From: an uncultured Verrucomicrobiota bacterium
GTDB taxonomy: Bacteria; Verrucomicrobiota; Kiritimatiellia; JAAZAB01
DNA: 64,000 nucleotides
Assembly (NCBI GenBank): GCA_964617825.1
Contig: CAZTWL010000004.1
Coordinates: 71,546-135,545 of the forward strand
Direction: 5' to 3'
Below, piece by piece: positions 61,441-64,000 of the stretch. A model generated the notes under the pieces. That model searched no databases. It was not told the origin of the DNA and saw nothing but the letters and a program-made list of their open reading frames with translations. The position numbers and the translations under genes are program-made. The first letter of the stretch is position 1, and every line of letters begins with the position of its first letter.

Positions 61441-63687
61441 TTATTTATCCCGAACGGTAATCTTCACGACCTTGATATCTCCGGGACCAACGTCAATGAA
61501 AAACGATTTCCCATCCCGATCCCAGGCTATATCCTCTTCCGCCCGCAACTCCCGTACGCCGCCTACCGCCAGCTTGCGCATATTCACGGCAACTCGTGCA
61601 GTCGCAGCGGAATTCAAGCGCTCTGGCGTCAGCACGAATTTACTGACACCCTTGTTGTTGATCAAATAGACCCACCAGCCGTCAGCTACTTTGTTCAATC
61701 CGTATTCGATATCCCCTTTAACTTCAACCGGCAGCGCTTCCTGCACGATTTGCTGCATAAGCAATTGGACCAACGGATGCTGGCGCGCTTTCATGGCTCT
61801 AATGTATGCATCGATGTTTATATCGCAAAAGCTCTTGCGCGGCAGCATAAAATCCACTCCCGTCAAAACGACCCGCCCTGAACCATATTGGTTCACGCTC
61901 GCCAATATGCCACCCTTGCCATCAAGCCAAAGCGGTTTTGCCCCATTCAACTCTATTTGCTCGTAATCATAAGGTTCGCTTAATACGGCCGAATGGCAAC
62001 CACCTGCAACCTTGATCGCGCCATCCGTTCCACACACTATCCCTGACCGCTTGGCCCCGACAAAATCCTCCGGCAGCGTATCGCCGAACTGCCTGATGTT
62101 GACGACGAGCGTTCCTCCTTTTTTCACATACTTCATCAGCCGTTTTGCCAACGGCTTGTCGATCTTGAATCCGCCCAGCAGAATGGCCACCTTGTAATTC
62201 ATTAAAACATCCAACGCCACCACGCCATGCGGCGGATTCGGCAGGATCACATCGTAAATATCGCCATACGGGCTGTTTGCCAGGCAACCTTCCAGACCTT
62301 CCGACAATTTGTCTGAAAATGGGACCAGGGTATAGGTGAAGGCGTCAATCATGGAATCCGGCCGCTCCATTGGGAAATAAGACCAGGGGCTACCGCCCCA
62401 TTGCGCATATCCCTGGTTAAACGGAATCAGGAGCGCCACCGGCGCGTAGCTTACACCGCGATCGGGATGACGTTGCGCGAACGCATATAGTTCCTTCAGA
62501 TCCTCGCCGAACGGCGAAAGTTCGTAACCGTCTTTCTTGTTATGGTTTTTGAATTGCCAATAGGCATAGGGATAGGTTTCGGGTTGCACCATGCTTGCCC
62601 CGGCCAGGTATCCCAAATAGAAATCCCGACGGTGCAATGAAGGCGACATGCCGCAGGTCGGACCGTAGACATCGCCATTCCCGACAAACGTGGGGGCATC
62701 ATTGGTAGTCAGAAAATAAGGGAACACATTCGACCGGTATTTTCCATTTTCCTCATTACCATTATAGCATACGGCTATATACCAACTCCAAAACTTGAGA
62801 TATTGCCGGGCTGCCCCGCGGGCAAAAAACATCGAAACCTGGTGCCGGTAGGGCCCGGTATTGGTAGTTTCCATGATTGCGCCCGCTGAGCCCCATTCCA
62901 GAGGATAGTGGTCCCAGCACCACCCGCCCCGCAAAAAAAGCATTTTTTCAGGATCGTCAAAGCAATATTTTCTGGCCGCCAGATAACATTCACGTAGGGC
63001 GGCCAGGGCATGGTCGCGATCCTTGGATGCCGGCGCAAAAATGTCCCGCATGCGGTTGACGACGTCATCCGACATCCCCCATTTGCGGAGAAGTTTTACG
63101 CTTTCATTGACGTCCCGCCTCAGGTAGCCCATAAAATCGCTATCCCATTCCGCGCCGGCCATGAATCCCAGGAAATTAGGATGCTCCTTTTTCCATTTCC
63201 GATAGCCTTTCTTCTCAACCTGAAAGGATTGCTGACAGGCCAAAAAGGGGCGGCTGCTTAGAACAAATGGCACCCCCATGTCGGGATCCATGTTCTGCAA
63301 TTTTGCATCGTTCATCAGAAGGACGCCGTCGTTTGTGCTCAGTAGTCCGTCACGGACGTGATAACAAGGCACCGCGTCATGGACCATGGCCTCGTTCGAA
63401 TAGGCATAACGTTCCTGCGGATTGTAGCGCAATTCCCGGGGACGATTGTCCGATTTCAAGTATAGATATCTGCCCAGCACATTCCAGAATCTCCGCCCCA
63501 TGATTTCCGGCGGCGCCAGTTTGGCGCTCACATCGTAATCCTGCCTTGCCACAATTCTCTCTGGTTTCGCGCAATCGTCCGCCGGCGCGGCGTCCAGGAT
63601 TAAAGCTGTCGGCACCTGTAAAGCCACGATCAGCATCACGGCTAATTTTATGTCCAAACAATGCACGCCGTCTTTCCTTTCTTTCAA
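61441..63687 (-). CDS. putative glycoside hydrolase of an unassigned family, paralog 3 of 3
   Basis: 748 aa with an N-terminal hydrophobic anchor. It shares the same conserved blocks as paralogs 1 and 2. Confidence 0.55.
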   Translation of the reverse strand: MKERKDGVHCLDIKLAVMLIVALQVPTALILDAAPADDCAKPERIVARQDYDVSAKLAPPEIMGRRFWNVLGRYLYLKSDNRPRELRYNPQERYAYSNEAMVHDAVPCYHVRDGLLSTNDGVLLMNDAKLQNMDPDMGVPFVLSSRPFLACQQSFQVEKKGYRKWKKEHPNFLGFMAGAEWDSDFMGYLRRDVNESVKLLRKWGMSDDVVNRMRDIFAPASKDRDHALAALRECYLAARKYCFDDPEKMLFLRGGWCWDHYPLEWGSAGAIMETTNTGPYRHQVSMFFARGAARQYLKFWSWYIAVCYNGNEENGKYRSNVFPYFLTTNDAPTFVGNGDVYGPTCGMSPSLHRRDFYLGYLAGASMVQPETYPYAYWQFKNHNKKDGYELSPFGEDLKELYAFAQRHPDRGVSYAPVALLIPFNQGYAQWGGSPWSYFPMERPDSMIDAFTYTLVPFSDKLSEGLEGCLANSPYGDIYDVILPNPPHGVVALDVLMNYKVAILLGGFKIDKPLAKRLMKYVKKGGTLVVNIRQFGDTLPEDFVGAKRSGIVCGTDGAIKVAGGCHSAVLSEPYDYEQIELNGAKPLWLDGKGGILASVNQYGSGRVVLTGVDFMLPRKSFCDINIDAYIRAMKARQHPLVQLLMQQIVQEALPVEVKGDIEYGLNKVADGWWVYLINNKGVSKFVLTPERLNSAATARVAVNMRKLAVGGVRELRAEEDIAWDRDGKSFFIDVGPGDIKVVKITVRDK

Positions 63688-63860
63688 TTTGCTGCGAAAA
63701 GCGTCATTATACCGACGATTGTTTTCATGCTATCGGTTCTAAAGAACAAAGCAATCGTTCGTGTTTGGATATTTGGACAAATAATTTGTACGACTGATCA
63801 ACGCCCTCTTTTCCAAAACAATTATTCGGCTTTGATCAACGTTAAGCGACAGGAATCGAC

Positions 63861-64000
63861 ATGGCAGACTTATCCATGGCCGGCGCAGTCAAGCGCTATT
63901 CTTATTTGTTGTCCGATCGCATCCCTTTCAGCGGCGAATATTACCCGCGGAAAACGGCGCCAACTGTCGTTTATGACATGCATTATCCGCTGGAATTGAT
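63861..64000 (+). CDS. 5' end of an unidentified + strand gene running off the window (partial)
   Basis: The open frame from ATG 63861 (MADLSMAGAVKRYSYLL...) has no stop before the window end. It is very short, so confidence is low. Confidence 0.2.
   Translation, partial: MADLSMAGAVKRYSYLLSDRIPFSGEYYPRKTAPTVVYDMHYPLEL

Overview
The window is a high-GC (~58%) bacterial chromosomal segment whose gene content resembles the Verrucomicrobia, Kiritimatiellota or Lentisphaerae style (guess). The first ~38 kb is mostly housekeeping: ligA, an orphan araB ribulokinase, and an LpxL-like acyltransferase operon with a DUF362 Fe-S protein. It continues with a CphA-like stand-alone ATP-grasp ligase plus a DUF1638-like protein, cutA, prmA, rsgA, apt, tcdA, tatD, an acyl-CoA synthetase and glmM. 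A complete mreB-mreC-mreD-mrdA-rodA operon follows, then rng, lptD and a bioC-bioH-bioF block. From ~39.6 kb to the end there is a dense, mostly co-directional (minus strand) carbohydrate-active enzyme island that looks hemicellulose- or xylan-directed: GH30 x2, GH10, a GH5-like enzyme, alpha/beta-hydrolase and SGNH esterases, a beta-helix protein and CBM-containing giants. The island holds three ~750-aa paralogs of an unassigned putative glycoside-hydrolase family and two paralogs of a ~1000-aa DUF4838-like + CBM9-like + CBM4_9-like protein, one of which carries an extra C-terminal esterase domain. No rRNA, tRNA, CRISPR array or transposase was recognised. The most interesting points are listed here. 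(1) The duplicated, unassigned CAZyme families are the best candidate for something undescribed. (2) A ~190-nt intergenic repeat family sits in promoter regions and carries a conserved palindrome and a 17-codon block with synonymous-biased substitutions. (3) A GH78 rhamnosidase C-terminal remnant is present. (4) Two unusual fusions occur, CN-hydrolase + GDPD and a tandem HldE domain-II-like nucleotidyltransferase whose first domain is degenerate. (5) LptD has a long N-terminal extension with an internal ~100-aa tandem repeat. All family assignments rest on motif recognition by eye, with no database search.
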